From contig JBEKXW010000002.1 of NCBI GenBank assembly GCA_049511615.1, positions 72,499-136,498 of the forward strand: a stretch of 64,000 bases of DNA. Reading direction: 5' to 3'. The DNA is from Candidatus Dormibacteria bacterium. GTDB lineage: Bacteria; Chloroflexota; Dormibacteria; Aeolococcales; Aeolococcaceae. Below, one piece after another: positions 61,772-64,000 of the stretch. Position 1 is the first letter of the stretch. Each line of letters begins with the position of its first letter. Under the pieces are notes generated by a model. The model saw only the letters and a program-made list of their open reading frames with translations, did no database searches and had not been told where the DNA came from. The position numbers were made by a program, and so were the translations under genes.

Positions 61772-63196
61772 ATGCCGACCGAGCCCCCAGCGCGCGGCTT
61801 TCCGGAGGGCTTCCTCTTCGGGACAAAGACCTCCGCCTACCAGGTCGAGGGTTCCGTCGATGCCGGCGGCCGGGGGGCCTCGATCTGGGACACCTTCAGC
61901 CACACCCCGGGGACCACCCTTCACGGCGACACCGGCGATGTCACCGCGGACCACTACCGCCACCTGGACCAGGACCTCGACCTGATCGGCGAGCTGGGCG
62001 TGACCGCCTACTGCTTCTCGGTGGCCTGGTCCCGGGTCCAGCCTCTGGGCGGCGGACCCGTCAACCAGCCCGGCCTTGACTTCTACCGCCGCCTCGTAGA
62101 CGGGTTGCGCCGGCGGGGCGTCATGCCGGTGGTCACCCTCTTCCACTGGGACCTTCCCCAGGCCCTCGAGAACGCGGGGGGCTGGACGGCGCGTGACACC
62201 GCCGGCCGCTTCGCCGACTACGCGGCCATCGTGGCCGGGGCGCTGGGGCCGGAGGTCGGCATGTGGGCCACCCACAACGAGCCGTGGTGCGCCGCGTGGA
62301 TCGGCTACGGCACCGGCAACCACGCCCCCGGGCGCCGCGACCTCGGCCTCGCGGTCGCCGCCACCCACCACCTCCTCCTCGGTCACGGCCGGGCGGTCCA
62401 GGCCATCCGGGCCGCGGTCCCCGGCGCCCAGGTCGGCATCGACCTCAACCTCCTGCCGGTGCGGCCGGCCAGCGACCACGACGACGACCGCGCCGCCGCC
62501 CGCCGCGCCGACGGCAACCTGAACCGGCTCTTCCTCGACCCGGTGCTGCGCGGCGAGTACCCGGCCGACATGCTGGCCCACTACGCGCGCCACCGGCCGG
62601 GGTTCGAGGTCGTGCAGAGCGGCGACCTCGCCGTGATCGCCGAGCCGCTGGACTTTCTCGGGGTGAACTTCTACGGACCGATGACGGTCTGCGCGCCCAC
62701 CAGGATGGCCGAGGCGCGCGCGGCCGGGTACTGGGTGCCCGCCGCCCCGCCCACCGACCCGCTCAACGCCGACCTCCGCGACGTCGAGGTGCACCGCCCC
62801 GGGTTCGAACGGACCCCGATGGACTGGGAGGTCGAGCCCGGCGCGCTCACCGAGCTGCTGCTCCGGGTCCGCGACGACTACGGTCCCCGTCCCCTCCACG
62901 TCCTCGAGAACGGCAGGGCGTCCGACGACTACGTCAGCCCGGACGGCGAGGTGCGGGACCCCGAGCGCATCGCCTACCTCGCAGGCCATCTCGGCGCCGT
63001 CCTCGATGCCATCGCTGCCGGGGTCGACGTCCGCGGCTACTTCGTCTGGTCGCTGATGGACAACTTCGAGTGGGGGCACGGGTTCTCGAAGCGCTTCGGC
63101 CTCACCTGGGTCGACTACCCGAGCGGGACCCGGATTCCCAAGGCGAGCTTCGCCTGGTACCGCGACATCATCCGGGCCCACGCCCTGGCACCGTGA
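61772..63196 (+). CDS. Beta-glucosidase, family GH1
   Basis: FP.GFLFG..TSAYQVEG, TLFHWDLP, HNEP (acid/base), LENG (nucleophile), WSLMDNFEW..G..KRFG. Confidence 0.93.
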   Translation: MPTEPPARGFPEGFLFGTKTSAYQVEGSVDAGGRGASIWDTFSHTPGTTLHGDTGDVTADHYRHLDQDLDLIGELGVTAYCFSVAWSRVQPLGGGPVNQPGLDFYRRLVDGLRRRGVMPVVTLFHWDLPQALENAGGWTARDTAGRFADYAAIVAGALGPEVGMWATHNEPWCAAWIGYGTGNHAPGRRDLGLAVAATHHLLLGHGRAVQAIRAAVPGAQVGIDLNLLPVRPASDHDDDRAAARRADGNLNRLFLDPVLRGEYPADMLAHYARHRPGFEVVQSGDLAVIAEPLDFLGVNFYGPMTVCAPTRMAEARAAGYWVPAAPPTDPLNADLRDVEVHRPGFERTPMDWEVEPGALTELLLRVRDDYGPRPLHVLENGRASDDYVSPDGEVRDPERIAYLAGHLGAVLDAIAAGVDVRGYFVWSLMDNFEWGHGFSKRFGLTWVDYPSGTRIPKASFAWYRDIIRAHALAP

Positions 63197-64000
63197 CCGC
63201 CGCTCCGGGCACCCTGGTCCTGGTCAACCCGGTCAGCGCCGGCGGCCAGACCATGCACCGCTGGCCGGGGATCCGGGCCGCGCTGCGGGAGGCGGGCATC
63301 GACATCCACGCGCACCTCACCCTCGGACCCGGCGACGCCACCCTGGTGACCCGCCGGGCGATCACCCGCGACGGCATCCGCCGGGTGGTGGCCGTGGGTG
63401 GCGACGGCACCCTCAACGAGGTGGTCAACGGCTGCTTCCACGCGGGCGGTGCCCCGCTCGCCGCCGGCCTCACCGTCGGGCTGGTGCCGAGCGGCACCGG
63501 CAGCGACCTCCGGCGCACCCTCCGCCTGCCCACCGACCCCGGCGCCGCCGCGGCGCTGCTGGCCGGCGGCAGCACCCGGACCATCGACCTCGGCCGGATC
63601 GACTTCCCCGACGGGACCCGCCGCCTCTTCGTCAACGTCGCCGACTGCGGTCTCGGCGGCGAGGTGGTGGCGCGGGTGAATCGCGGCCGGGAGAAGCGGG
63701 GCGGGCTGCTCGGGACCGCCATCTTCCTGGGCGTCTCGATCAGTGAGCTGATGACCTACCGCAACCGGGACGTGATCCTGACCATCGACGGCGAGACCCG
63801 CCGGCGGCGGGTCGAGCAGGTGGTGATCGCCAACGGCCGCTGCTTCGGAGGCGGGATGCGGATCGCCCCCGACGCCGACCCGGCCGACGGTCTCTTCGAC
63901 GTGGTCGTGGTCGGCGACGTCTCCCGCATCGGAGCCCTGCGCGCCGTCCCCCGCCTCTTCCGGGGCACCCACCTGGCCCTCGCGGTGGTGGAGGTCCACC
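63193..64000 (+). CDS. Diacylglycerol/lipid kinase family protein (YegS/DgkB-like), truncated by the window end
   Basis: GTG overlaps the GH1 stop; VNPVSAGG, VAVGGDGTLNEVVNG, PSGTGSDL, IANGRCFGGGM.IAPDA.PADG.FD. Absent from the ORF track. Confidence 0.88.
   Translation, partial: MTAAPGTLVLVNPVSAGGQTMHRWPGIRAALREAGIDIHAHLTLGPGDATLVTRRAITRDGIRRVVAVGGDGTLNEVVNGCFHAGGAPLAAGLTVGLVPSGTGSDLRRTLRLPTDPGAAAALLAGGSTRTIDLGRIDFPDGTRRLFVNVADCGLGGEVVARVNRGREKRGGLLGTAIFLGVSISELMTYRNRDVILTIDGETRRRRVEQVVIANGRCFGGGMRIAPDADPADGLFDVVVVGDVSRIGALRAVPRLFRGTHLALAVVEVH

Overview
Very GC-rich bacterial chromosomal window, almost entirely housekeeping genes. Gene content, GAAC-N4-GTTC LexA-type boxes and an Arg-tipped EF-P suggest a Terrabacteria lineage, possibly Ca. 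Dormibacterota/Chloroflexota-like (inference only). In order: two tandem GT-C-type membrane glycosyltransferase paralogs; a tightly coupled run aroC-aroKB-aroQ-efp-asp23-nusB-xseAB-tlyA-nadK-recN-scpAB-rluB-cmk-plsC-dinG-nitrilase-nadE-rsmI-metG-tatD-rsmA-MFS; tRNA-Val(GAC) flanked by two small Cys-rich ORFs; thrS and a second tlyA; a 96-bp hairpin-rich tandem repeat; infC-rpmI-rplT with an attenuator-like leader; pheST; a phosphate locus (phoU, beta-helix lipoprotein, pstA/C/S/B, soluble PhoR, divergent PhoB/PhoP); mpg; yebC-ruvCAB; secDF; rimP-nusA-ylxR-infB-rbfA-nrnA-truB-ribF; a divergent GH94/GH1 pair; and a truncated lipid kinase. I found no CRISPR array, integrase or transposase. The most notable unexplained signals are: (1) an unannotated promoter-to-terminator minus-strand unit of about 320 nt between mpg and yebC (structured RNA plus a 15-codon sORF); (2) a REP/MITE-like repeat present as both a tandem array and a dispersed copy; (3) four mini-ORFs that exactly bridge an upstream stop to a downstream start; (4) 11-bp-periodic candidate Pho boxes; (5) non-canonical starts (infC ATC, rsmI CTG, possibly infB ATA); (6) many apparently leaderless promoters. 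All calls come from reading motifs by eye; no database search was run.
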